Shown here in pieces: positions 27,469 through 37,300 of a stretch of DNA of 64,000 nucleotides. Made by a program: the position numbers and the translations under genes. Position 1 is the stretch's first letter. Every line of letters starts with the position of its first letter. Under the pieces are notes generated by a model, which had not been told where the DNA came from, searched no databases, and saw nothing but the letters and a program-made list of their open reading frames with translations. Source of the stretch: a virus (Duplodnaviria; Caudoviricetes); IMG/VR virus record IMGVR_UViG_2974731481_000001, positions 1 through 64,000 of that record; one strand, written 5' to 3'.

Positions 27469-27817
27469 GAATCAAATGAAACTCTTCGTGCTAGTATCAA
27501 AGGTGCTTCCTATGATACTAGCACTTTGTCATTTACTTAATTGTATATTTGGTTATTTTAATTGGAATAATGTAATACTTGGTTATATATCTGGTATATC
27601 TATTTTAACTATAGTTTATTTATATTTTATAAGTTATTTAATTAAACTTTGTGAATATCATAGAATGTTTCTACATTATTGTGTTATAATAGATATTATT
27701 AATATATACGATTATTACATTGGCATTCCTATAACTAATATACAATTAATGTTTTTATATATTATTATAAGTATAATAATTATGTTTATTATATTATATT
27801 TAAAATTTTTCAAATAA
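27425..27817 (+). CDS. Four-TM membrane protein (start may be the ATG at 27476)
   Basis: Four hydrophobic segments with a CEYHR motif. Confidence 0.7.
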   Translation: MDENLIKMVEKSVNKNQMKLFVLVSKVLPMILALCHLLNCIFGYFNWNNVILGYISGISILTIVYLYFISYLIKLCEYHRMFLHYCVIIDIINIYDYYIGIPITNIQLMFLYIIISIIIMFIILYLKFFK

Positions 27818-27824
27818 TGTTATT

Positions 27825-28112
27825 ATGAATCCTATAACAAAGAAATTAATTCTTAAGATTCTTAAAGATACTTATAATAGAATTGAAAATGATACTTGTG
27901 GCTTAGATGAAGAAGAACTTTTAGATTTAAGTAATAAACTTATTCATGTTAAATTAAATATTGAACAAACTTGTAAACATCTTAATTGTTCTCGTTCTAC
28001 ACTTAATAGAATGATATTTGATGGTCGAGTTCCTAAACCTAATAAAGAATCTGGTGGTAAAGAATATTGGTATCAAGATGAACTTGATGATTATATAAAA
28101 AATAATAAGTAA
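27825..28112 (+). CDS. AlpA/excisionase-like HTH DNA-binding protein
   Basis: LNIEQTCKHLNCSRSTLNRMIFDGRVPKP...WYQDELD. Confidence 0.8.
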   Translation: MNPITKKLILKILKDTYNRIENDTCGLDEEELLDLSNKLIHVKLNIEQTCKHLNCSRSTLNRMIFDGRVPKPNKESGGKEYWYQDELDDYIKNNK

Positions 28113-28132
28113 ATACTGTTATTTTTGCTATA

Positions 28133-28180
28133 AAAATTAACGCTCTAATTTATTAAAAGTTAGAGCGTTAATTTTATTTT
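28133..28180 (+). terminator. Intrinsic terminator, possibly bidirectional
   Basis: AAAATTAACGCTCTAA...TTAGAGCGTTAATTTT followed by ATTTT. Confidence 0.75.
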
Positions 28181-28188
28181 GACACATA

Positions 28189-28220
28189 TTTATCCTATTG
28201 CTATAATTGGTGTATCTTTG
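28189..28220 (+). promoter_or_regulatory. Promoter with perfect -7 and degenerate -33 element
   Basis: TTTA (28189-28192), 20-nt spacer, TATCTTTG (28213-28220). Confidence 0.6.
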
Positions 28221-28293
28221 CGTTGTAATAAAGATAATGTAGCTACAATCTAAATTACAATGTAAGTTTAATCTATTTAATTTTCTAACAATT

Positions 28294-29274
28294 ATGGCAG
28301 ATTCTAAAGTTTTTATGTTTCCTGATGGTAATCAAAACGGAAATTCTTCTATCGATCCTGCTCTTCTTTTAGCACTTAATAATGGTGGTATGGGAGGTAA
28401 TGGTAACTGGATGTGGGTTATCTTCTTGTTCTTCTTATTCCCTTTGCTTCGTCGTGGCGGTTTTTGGGGCAATGATGATAATGGTTATGGCAATAGTGGT
28501 AATTGTAATGGTTTTGGTTATCTCGGTAATATGATTAATAACAATGATGGTCGTCAGCTTCTTGATGCAGCTATTAACCGTAACGGTGCTTCTATTGATA
28601 AATTAGCTAGTATGTTCGGTTGTAGTAAGGACGCTATTATCGGTGCTATTAATGGTGTTCAGCAAGCAATTTGTGGTGTTAATAGTAATATAGCAGATGT
28701 TAAATATGCTATGAGTTTGGGTAATAAGGATATTATTCATCAACTTGCTTCTTGCTGCTGTGATATTCGTGAATCTATTACTCGTGGTAATTATGACAAT
28801 CAGCTTCAAACTATAAATCAGACTAATCAACTTCAGCAAGCTATTAATAATATTGCTACAAGTCAAGAAAAAGGTTTTTCAAGTGTTAATTATGAAACTC
28901 AACGCCAGACTTGTGATATTACAAATGAGATTAAAAATCTTAGTACTCAAATTACTACTCAGTTTGGAGAACTTTCTACACGTGCTCTTCAAGATAAACT
29001 TGATGCAGAAAGAGATAAAACTACAGCTCTTATGAATCAGTTGTCTAATGAACATCAAACTGCTCTTATCGGACAACAAATTGCTACTGCTACAAATCCT
29101 CTCGTTTCTGCTATAGCAAATGTTACTCGTGAAGTTGATTCAATTAAGTGCAAACTTCCTGAAACAACTACTGTTCCAAATCCTCCTGGAATATTAGTTC
29201 CTAATTGTGTAGCTTATAATTCTTTTATTCCTAATCTTTTTGGTTTTAATCAACCTGGTTCTATTTGGTCTTAA
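28294..29274 (+). CDS. Gly-rich, single-TM, long coiled-coil protein with CCC motif (function unknown)
   Basis: GGMGGNGNWMWVIFLFFLF, QLASCCCD, QTCDI, Asn/Gln-rich heptads, Pro-rich tail. Confidence 0.85.
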   Translation: MADSKVFMFPDGNQNGNSSIDPALLLALNNGGMGGNGNWMWVIFLFFLFPLLRRGGFWGNDDNGYGNSGNCNGFGYLGNMINNNDGRQLLDAAINRNGASIDKLASMFGCSKDAIIGAINGVQQAICGVNSNIADVKYAMSLGNKDIIHQLASCCCDIRESITRGNYDNQLQTINQTNQLQQAINNIATSQEKGFSSVNYETQRQTCDITNEIKNLSTQITTQFGELSTRALQDKLDAERDKTTALMNQLSNEHQTALIGQQIATATNPLVSAIANVTREVDSIKCKLPETTTVPNPPGILVPNCVAYNSFIPNLFGFNQPGSIWS

Positions 29275-29289
29275 ATAGGAGGACATATT

Positions 29290-29634
29290 ATGACACAATG
29301 GCTTAAATTTGTTAATCAAGGTAGTATTCCTGCTATTCAAACAGTTGCTGTAAATACAGTTGGTACTGTTACAACACTCAGTTTTAATAATCATCCTTAT
29401 CGTCAAACTAATCGTTTTTATGGTTTCTTTGTAATAAGAATTGATCAAGATACTAGTGGAATTACAAGTACTAATACAGTACAATTTGATACACAGGGAG
29501 TTGGTGGAAGCGCAATAGATGTTTATCAGGCTAATGGTCAGATAGCAACTATTAATGAATTAACAAGTCTTGGACAATCTGTTTATCTGTGCTTCTACGA
29601 TAGAGATAATAATAGAGTTCAAATAATTAGTTAA
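29290..29634 (+). CDS. Small beta-rich protein, accessory operon gene 2
   Basis: 114 aa, preceded by AGGAGGAC. Confidence 0.8.
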   Translation: MTQWLKFVNQGSIPAIQTVAVNTVGTVTTLSFNNHPYRQTNRFYGFFVIRIDQDTSGITSTNTVQFDTQGVGGSAIDVYQANGQIATINELTSLGQSVYLCFYDRDNNRVQIIS

Positions 29635-29638
29635 GTTT

Positions 29639-30127
29639 ATGTTATCCGCATTACAACAAGGTAGTCTTGTTCATATTATTGATAAGACTAAAGGAATAAA
29701 ATATTTAGTAGGTGAAGTTATTAGTCGTACTGAACCAAATCCAGATTATACTAATCCAAATCTTGGTATGACTCCTCAGTCTTTCTTTGATTTATCAGTT
29801 AAAGTTGGTGATGAAAAGTATGAATTTAAACATCTTAATTCTACACTTACAACTGCTAATAATGGTAGTATTATAGTTAGTGAGAATAAAGAGGGTCTTT
29901 TATCTACAGTTGAAGCTATTCTTTATACTAGTAAAAAGATTATTGAACCTGAAAATATAGAATATCACACTCAAGCAGTTGCTGATTGTGAAGCTATAAT
30001 GAAGAAACTTAATCCTACTTTTGCTAAAGAGAAAGAACGTGATGCTCGTATTGAAAGTCTTGAAAGTAAAGTAAGTGGTATGGATGATAAGCTTGACAAA
30101 ATTTTTAATCTTATAAATAAACAATAA
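29639..30127 (+). CDS. Accessory operon gene 3 (beta N-domain, C-terminal coiled coil)
   Basis: 162 aa, ends LNPTFAKEKERDARIESLE...LDKI. Confidence 0.8.
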   Translation: MLSALQQGSLVHIIDKTKGIKYLVGEVISRTEPNPDYTNPNLGMTPQSFFDLSVKVGDEKYEFKHLNSTLTTANNGSIIVSENKEGLLSTVEAILYTSKKIIEPENIEYHTQAVADCEAIMKKLNPTFAKEKERDARIESLESKVSGMDDKLDKIFNLINKQ

Positions 30128-30128
30128 T

Positions 30129-30386
30129 ATGGGAAAGATTATGATAATTGAAGAGAAAGCCGACAAAATAGTTGACAAACTCGAAATGATGAAAGACTGT
30201 GTTGAGGAGATGATTGATTGTTTTGCTGAAGCAATGGAAGGTCATCGTTATCCTGAAGAGGATGATGAATGGGATGACGAGTATGAAGTAAAGCGTCGTC
30301 ATGATTCTCATGGTGGTAGTTATCGTGGTATACGTAGAGGTATGCGTAGTACTGGAAGTTATGGTGGTGGAACATCTAGATACTAG
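30129..30386 (+). CDS. Accessory operon gene 4 (acidic helix, Arg/Gly/Tyr low-complexity tail)
   Basis: 85 aa, ends HGGSYRGIRRGMRSTGSYGGGTSRY. Confidence 0.75.
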   Translation: MGKIMIIEEKADKIVDKLEMMKDCVEEMIDCFAEAMEGHRYPEEDDEWDDEYEVKRRHDSHGGSYRGIRRGMRSTGSYGGGTSRY

Positions 30387-30390
30387 TCTT

Positions 30391-30813
30391 ATGAAGCGCG
30401 AAGGTCTTGATACATTTGACGTTCTTCCTCAAGATATGATTGATTATCTTACTAATTATGGTAGGCATTTCAATAAGAAGTTGATGAAGTTCGCAGTTAG
30501 CAAGATGAAACGCAAAGATTCTTCTACAGGAGTACTTACTAAAATAGTACCTCTGTCTAAAGAAGAAGTCGATGCTCTTCTTGAAACTTATGGCATTAAA
30601 CTTAAGAATAATCAACTTTATGATTATGTTTATGTTGCCAATATGTGTAAAGCTGATTTCCTAAAGAGCAGTGTTCCTGATGACCAACATTTAGCTATGT
30701 ATGTTAAAGATGTAATAGACGATGAAGATGCTTGTGACGGTCTTACATTTACTCGTTGGCTTGCTTCTACTCGTCGTCAAGGTATAGCAATAGATTGGGA
30801 AGCTATGTTATGA
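30391..30813 (+). CDS. Accessory operon gene 5 (helical protein)
   Basis: ATG at 30391; YLTNYGRHF, YVANMCKADF, YVKDVIDDED. Confidence 0.8.
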   Translation: MKREGLDTFDVLPQDMIDYLTNYGRHFNKKLMKFAVSKMKRKDSSTGVLTKIVPLSKEEVDALLETYGIKLKNNQLYDYVYVANMCKADFLKSSVPDDQHLAMYVKDVIDDEDACDGLTFTRWLASTRRQGIAIDWEAML

Positions 30814-31220
30814 TTACTCAAGAATTTATAATTGATAGAAGATATTGGAAAGTGTATGTATATTATGATGTAACTTCAAAAAATGCTACTGAAATTGTTA
30901 CCAAACTTCATGAAATAGGATTGCCAAGAAGTTATATCGCAAGTGCCTATGCAACACTTAATTCTAATAAACTTAATCAAGGTTTAACTCAAACTAATAA
31001 TAGATATAAAACATCTGTTATAGTTTTTACAAAAACTTCTAATGCTAGTCAATTTATAAATTCTTTTGTTCATGAAATAGGTCATTTATCTAATCATATA
31101 GCTGTAACTTATAATCTTGATTTAAACGGAGAAGAAGTTCAATACATAGCTGGAGATATTGCTCAACAAATGTTCAAACGATGTCATACTCTAATGTGTG
31201 ATTATTGTAGAGAATACTAA
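30810..31220 (+). CDS. Accessory operon gene 6: HExxH zincin-like metallopeptidase
   Basis: ATGA-coupled start at 30810; FVHEIGH with downstream EE. Confidence 0.75.
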   Translation: MITQEFIIDRRYWKVYVYYDVTSKNATEIVTKLHEIGLPRSYIASAYATLNSNKLNQGLTQTNNRYKTSVIVFTKTSNASQFINSFVHEIGHLSNHIAVTYNLDLNGEEVQYIAGDIAQQMFKRCHTLMCDYCREY

Positions 31221-31226
31221 TTTATT

Positions 31227-31264
31227 AAGGTCTGTTAGTTATAATACTGGCAGACCTTTTTTAT
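31227..31264 (+). terminator. Intrinsic terminator closing the accessory operon
   Basis: AAGGTCTGTTAGT...ACTGGCAGACCTT followed by a T run. Confidence 0.8.
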
Positions 31265-31347
31265 TATTTATTTAACAATAGTTTCTTGTTTATTTGAATC
31301 TTATTTTATATCTTTATATCCGATTTAATATAAATTTAATTAGTGAT

Positions 31348-31665
31348 ATGGAATATATAAGTCAAATAATTAATATAACTATTGAAAGTTTTGATTTTGG
31401 TTTTTGTGTTGCTGTAAACATTTTAACTTATCTTATAATCAAACTTATTGATGAGTTTAATGGTTCTCATAAAGTAGCAACTTGGACTAAACGTGGTGTT
31501 ATGCTTGTTGCAGTTATTATTATAAGTATAGCATATTATGTTACTGGAAATAATCCTAAATTGATTATTAACAGTGCTATTCTTGCTCCTGTATTTTGGT
31601 CTTGGATTGGTAAACCTATTTGTGATAAACTTAATATTGGTTATCGTAAAGATGATGATAAATAA
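31348..31665 (+). CDS. Three-TM membrane protein (holin candidate)
   Basis: 105 aa, three hydrophobic helices, charged C-terminus; preceded by promoter-like CTTG-N20-TATCTTTA (31285-31316). Confidence 0.6.
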   Translation: MEYISQIINITIESFDFGFCVAVNILTYLIIKLIDEFNGSHKVATWTKRGVMLVAVIIISIAYYVTGNNPKLIINSAILAPVFWSWIGKPICDKLNIGYRKDDDK

Positions 31666-31806
31666 ATAATTCTATAACTCTCCTACGTTTTTATATATTT
31701 TTATTGCGTATATGACAAAGGATTGATTTAGAGTGGATTAATTTATCATTTAACCAATTTTGAAGGCTTAGAGTCTGATTCTACAGCCGTATAAGGGCTA
31801 TATTGA

Positions 31807-31838
31807 TTTGGTTATATCAAAGTAAATAATTATATTTG
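31807..31838 (+). promoter_or_regulatory. Bacteroidota primary-sigma promoter for the tail/cargo operon
   Basis: TTTG (31807-31810), 20-nt spacer, TATATTTG (31831-31838). Confidence 0.75.
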
Positions 31839-32025
31839 TAGTCAGAAATGATGCTGATAGAGATGCTACTACTGAAGTTGATATAGAAACTAAAAGTAAT
31901 TATCTCCCCCGTAAAGAAGCTGATGGATATATAGTTACTCACTTAAACATAATTGTAAAGATAACACTGAATGTCACATCTCTTCTACGGGGGAGCTTTA
32001 TTTTAATAATAATAATCTTAATGAT

Positions 32026-32724
32026 ATGGCTAGTTTAGCAATGCTTGTGTCTGAATTTGCTCACAGTGTAGGTGAACCTAATAACAAGGCACTTAGAGAA
32101 AATATTAAACTTCTTATCATACATACTCGTAATGAAATAATTCGTCGTAGTTATGAAAATCATGGATATGTTGATAAAGTTCTTACACAACGTTTTAAAG
32201 TAAGTCTTACTGATGTTTACGATGGTGAAATTCAATTACCTGAAGATTGGGATACTGATTTTACTGATGTAGATATTACTAAGATTAAACGTACTACACA
32301 AAAAGTTCCTCGTCCTGTAAGGTTGATTAATAATCTTCCTTTTGATAGAGTTAGCTCTGTTGGATTTAAAACTAGTAAAGAGTTTCCTTATATAAAAGAA
32401 ACTTCTGCTCGTTTTAGAAGTGCTGTACCAGGGCTTAAAGGTTTAGCTTGTTATGATTACATTAATGGTTATATTTATCTATTTCCAAGTAATAATAAAG
32501 CTATTGAAATAAATACTATTTGTATTGAAGGAGCTTTTGAACATCCTAATGAAATTGAAGTTGCTAATGGTGAAACAAGTAGCTTTGATGTTATGATGGA
32601 TGAAAATGAATGGCTTTTGTCTGAAGATATGATTGGGCAAATTAAAGAAATTATATATAAAAGAGATTTGCTTAATCAAGTTAGACAAACTAATGAAATT
32701 CCTAATACTATCAAGTTTAATTAA
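32026..32724 (+). CDS. Putative tail ring/structural protein
   Basis: 232 aa, first gene of the tail operon; YINGYIY...FEHP pattern. Confidence 0.55.
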   Translation: MASLAMLVSEFAHSVGEPNNKALRENIKLLIIHTRNEIIRRSYENHGYVDKVLTQRFKVSLTDVYDGEIQLPEDWDTDFTDVDITKIKRTTQKVPRPVRLINNLPFDRVSSVGFKTSKEFPYIKETSARFRSAVPGLKGLACYDYINGYIYLFPSNNKAIEINTICIEGAFEHPNEIEVANGETSSFDVMMDENEWLLSEDMIGQIKEIIYKRDLLNQVRQTNEIPNTIKFN

Positions 32725-32733
32725 TAATGTACT

Positions 32734-33690
32734 ATGGGAATAAAAGAAACACCTACTAATATTAAAGTGTATTATAACAGCATGAAAAATGCTATTACAC
32801 TTAAACATAAAGAAGCAGTAGAAGCCTTTGATTCTTTACGTAGTCTTATGTCTGTTAGTTATGAAGAAATTAAATCTTGTATAGATGTTTATAAAAACAA
32901 CTTTAAAGTTAATCTTAATGATTATCCTGAATTTGTTGAAGACAGATATATTGATGGAACGTTTCTTAAAGTAGCTAAAGGAATGTTTATTAATAGAAAT
33001 AATAATTATCAACTTGTATCTGATTTATTTGATCTTTATAATTATGCTAAACAACAAAAAGAAAAGCATGATTTAATGCAGCAAATAGAAGTATATGAAA
33101 AGATGCTTCAAACTTCTCTTAAAGAATATACTAATATTCTTAGAATTTATATGACTGAAGTACATAAGAAAATGATTCTTAATGGTGAAGGTTATGTATT
33201 TGGAGAAAATATAGGTTGGATTTGTATTAATAGATGTTTGATTGGAAAGCATAGACCTAAACTTGATTATGCTGCTACTAAAAAGAAAAAAGAAGAACTT
33301 ATAAAAGCAGGTAAACGTATTTATAATCAAAAGGAAGCTGACTGGTGTAAACGTAATGGTATTGAATATAAAGCGGAAGATTATAGAGTATTTGTTAATA
33401 AAGAATATTGCTATGAAATTCCTTTGCTTAATTGTAAACTTCCAAACGGTACTAAATATAAACTTGATATTGCAGATTACAGGCATTCTTCTGTTCGAGG
33501 AAAATCTAATGAAGATTTGATTAGAGAATGTCAAGGTGATACTAATAAAATTTGTGAGTTACAAGTTGATTTAAAAACTAAACTTACAATGTGTGATACA
33601 ACTGATAAAATTTTATATACTAAATTTATAAGAAATGAAGCTCAACAACCAAGTACCACTCCAAAGGCTTGTCGGAAAAATAGACAATGA
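32734..33690 (+). CDS. Putative IHF-like protein of the crAss tail module
   Basis: MILNGEGYVFGENIGWICI resembles the HU/IHF core; IHF-Ttub-Tstab order is conserved in crAss-like phages. Confidence 0.45.
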   Translation: MGIKETPTNIKVYYNSMKNAITLKHKEAVEAFDSLRSLMSVSYEEIKSCIDVYKNNFKVNLNDYPEFVEDRYIDGTFLKVAKGMFINRNNNYQLVSDLFDLYNYAKQQKEKHDLMQQIEVYEKMLQTSLKEYTNILRIYMTEVHKKMILNGEGYVFGENIGWICINRCLIGKHRPKLDYAATKKKKEELIKAGKRIYNQKEADWCKRNGIEYKAEDYRVFVNKEYCYEIPLLNCKLPNGTKYKLDIADYRHSSVRGKSNEDLIRECQGDTNKICELQVDLKTKLTMCDTTDKILYTKFIRNEAQQPSTTPKACRKNRQ

Positions 33691-34381
33691 CTTTAATATA
33701 AGCGAATCTGATTGGATTCCAAGAGTTGCTGCATGGACTATTGATGCTCTATCTCAAATGAAAGTTCTTCCTATGGAACGAAAACGTAGAAGACTTGAAG
33801 TTAGTGGTAGAATAGCAACATTTCCTTGTGAATTAAATGCAAGTGAAATTAAAGTTTTTGATAAAAACGGATGTGAAATTGAACATCTAGATAAAAGTAA
33901 GAGTTCTTGTAATTGTAGTGCAAGTAGAGCACAACAAGTACAAGAAATTGCTGTTTTTGATAGTAGCAATAAAACAGGCGTAAACTTTATGGAAGTTGCT
34001 AAAGTCAATAATAGTGCTGGTAAAAACTTTGTATTAGAGTGTAATAATATCGAACTTAATTTTGATACTGATTATATTGAAGTAGAAACTTTTGAAGTAG
34101 CTACATATTATGATGAGTATTACGATTGTGACGTTCCTTATATATACGAAGATGGTCTTTTACTTGAAGCTCTTGCTTGGTATTGTTTATTTAAATATTT
34201 AAGTAGAGGAAGTAAACATCCAGTATATGATTTGAAGTCTAATAGTCTTGTTACTAATCCTTGGCTTCAATGGAATACTCTTCGACCTAAAGCAGCTAAT
34301 AGTGTTAAAAAAGCTATTAGTGCTGATTTAAGCGGTTGGAATAACTTTTTTTATAATAGTACATTTAACCCTAGAGGATAA
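33635..34381 (+). CDS. Tail tubular protein (P22 gp4-like)
   Basis: 248 aa directly upstream of the tail stabilisation gene. Confidence 0.6.
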   Translation: MKLNNQVPLQRLVGKIDNDFNISESDWIPRVAAWTIDALSQMKVLPMERKRRRLEVSGRIATFPCELNASEIKVFDKNGCEIEHLDKSKSSCNCSASRAQQVQEIAVFDSSNKTGVNFMEVAKVNNSAGKNFVLECNNIELNFDTDYIEVETFEVATYYDEYYDCDVPYIYEDGLLLEALAWYCLFKYLSRGSKHPVYDLKSNSLVTNPWLQWNTLRPKAANSVKKAISADLSGWNNFFYNSTFNPRG

Positions 34382-34382
34382 T

Positions 34383-37300
34383 ATGAAAGTTATACCTAAA
34401 TTAAATTTAAATCAAAATCCACAGAATTGTGAAGAAGGTTCTCTTGTTTTTGCTAAAAACATGAAACTTGATTCTGATGGTTCTCTTACTACTGATTTTG
34501 GTTCAGAAGATTTACAAAATTGTACATCTGATGATGTAAACTTTGTAGGTCATATTGTAGGTCTTGATAATAAAATTTATTTATTTAGTCATAAATATAA
34601 TGATAATATATATGAATATGATGAAATAACTAAAAAAGCTAAAAGACTTACAACAGGTTGGAATTATAATGGAGGAGAAATAGATGGTTGTGTTAGTACA
34701 AATATAAGTGGAGAAAAGATTTTAAGTATAGCTGAGTGTGATCCTACAGGTGCTAAAAATATTCCACTTAAACATATAAATTTATCTTTTTGTAAAGATA
34801 CAGATGATGAAAGTTTGTATACACAAGCTCCTCGCGTTCCTATATGTAATCTTACACTAAATACTACTTATGCTAAAACCATTCCTAACGGAACTTATGT
34901 TTTCTTTATTAGATATAAAATTCGTAAGGATTGTTATACTAATTGGTATCTTTGTAGTTGTCCTATTTTTGGTGGAACTTCTACTAAAATTACAACTTTA
35001 CAAGGAGGTATAAGTTATATAAATCATCATACAGATGCTGCTAAATCTTTTGTATTTGATGTTAGTTTTATAAATTCTAATGCTAAAAATCTTTATAAAA
35101 GTTTTCAATTAGGATTTATATTAACTCATGATGATTCTACAAATGCTAGAAGTTGGAAAGAGTTTAATATGAATACTACTAAAATTTATTTTGATTATGA
35201 AGGTATAGAAGAAATTAACATAGATGATTTATTATCTTCAACATATGAACTTTATAATGTGCGAAATATAACTAATTTTAAAAATAAATTATATATTAGT
35301 AATTATAAAGAAAGTAATATTAACGAAGATACTTCAGATATAAGTAGAGAAATAGTAGCTGAATTTGTACATAGTGATCCTAATGGTACTGGTAAAATAA
35401 ATTATCATAATTTAACTTTTAATGGAAATAAATTATCATATAATAACAATGTTGGTTATTATGATAAAACTGAATCAGGTTATTCTTTATCTCGTTTATT
35501 AGCATCATATCATTTTAATTATGAATGTTCAAAACTATATAAAGGAGAAACTATAGAAAAAAATAAAATTGCTAGTTTTGATATTAAATGGGATGCTGAT
35601 GATAATCCTGATTTATGTACTGTATATAATATATTTAATGATAGTTATATAAGCGGTGCTATTTTTGGATATACAGAAGAACGTTTATTTAATGAAGGAA
35701 AAATAGGTATTATTCAACATTATAGTGGTAATGGACTATGGTTATATGATAGAGATACTAGTAAACCTCATCAATGGGATGATCTAGGATTTACTTTTAT
35801 TTATGGTTCTACTTCGGAGAAAGATTCTGATAGCCTTATTGAAGCAAGAAATGGTGTTTTTCTATTTAATAAAGATACTAAAATATTTGATAAAGAAGGA
35901 GGTAGTGATTTTAATTATTGGGTTACTAGAAATAAAGGTTTTTCAAATGAAGCTAGAGCTTTTATTAAAAAAAATATTAAAGATGAAATAGAACATAAAA
36001 GTAGATTAATTTATTGTTACTTAGAATTATCATCTGGAGCAGAAACATATCCTATTGATTTTTATAGTTATATGAATAAAGATACTTATATAGGTTTTAC
36101 AAATCTTACTAATTACGGAATCGAAAACGCAAATAGTTCAAATTTGTATAATAGTATAAAATCTAAAATAAAAGAAGTTATTTTTGATGCTATAAAAAAT
36201 AATATAGTAGGTATTGATGAAAATGGTACTATAATACTTAAATTAGGAAGTTCTTATATAAGAGCTTCTACTGCAACTGTTATATTTAAAGCTATAAAGT
36301 TTACAATAGATGATGATGATATAATAGATGATGAGAATCATTTTAATAAAAGATTTTATATTAATGCTAAAATTACAGAATGGAAATCTATTTGTAATTT
36401 TAATTTAGCAGAATCTGTTATTAAAATTGATGACACTATTACAGATTCTTTAATACAAAAACCTACATTAATGCCATTTTCTACATATGATATTTATGCA
36501 CATTATATAGATGATTATCATATTATAACTAATGGAACATTTGTAAATGAGATAACAACAGATAATGCTAAAAGTAATATAGATACTATTGATTTACAAT
36601 ATATTGTACATTCTCTTGCAGGAATTAATGCTGCTACACCATATAAAGCTTTCTTTTTATCTATTGTAAATGTAGGTAATCAAGTAATGGAGTGTTTTAA
36701 CTATAGAAAAAAAGGTACTAACAATATAGTAAATTGTCTTGAAATTGATTGTTTGTTATATAATATAAATACAAATATAACAATAAAAGATGGTAATGGT
36801 AATACTATAACAACACAAGCGAAATATTATTCAAGTGGTTCTTCTCATCCTACTTTAGCATTTGGTAATTGCGGATTTATATCGTGGAATGATAGTAGCA
36901 ATCACGGAAATAAAACATTATATGCTGTAATTGAACGTAATACAACAACAGATAAAAATCCTATACTAACAAAAGCAACTCCTTATATACCTTTAAAAGA
37001 TGCCAGTAGAACTAAAGTAAAAAATGGTTTTTATAATTCATATTTTTGCCTTGTTAAAAAACCAGATTTTGATTTAGCATCTTCTTGTTATGTATCTGGT
37101 AAAGATGTATATAAAGCTGATAGAAATATAACACTTAGTCTTAGTGAATTTACAGGTTATATGCAAATTCAAAATAGTGTAACATATTTCCTAAGAAGTA
37201 ATTTTAATCTTAATTATCTTAGTTTAACAAAAGATATTAATGACCAAATTTTTAGTATAGGTAATCCTAGTTCAGGAATAAAACAAGTTGCTAAAGTTAT

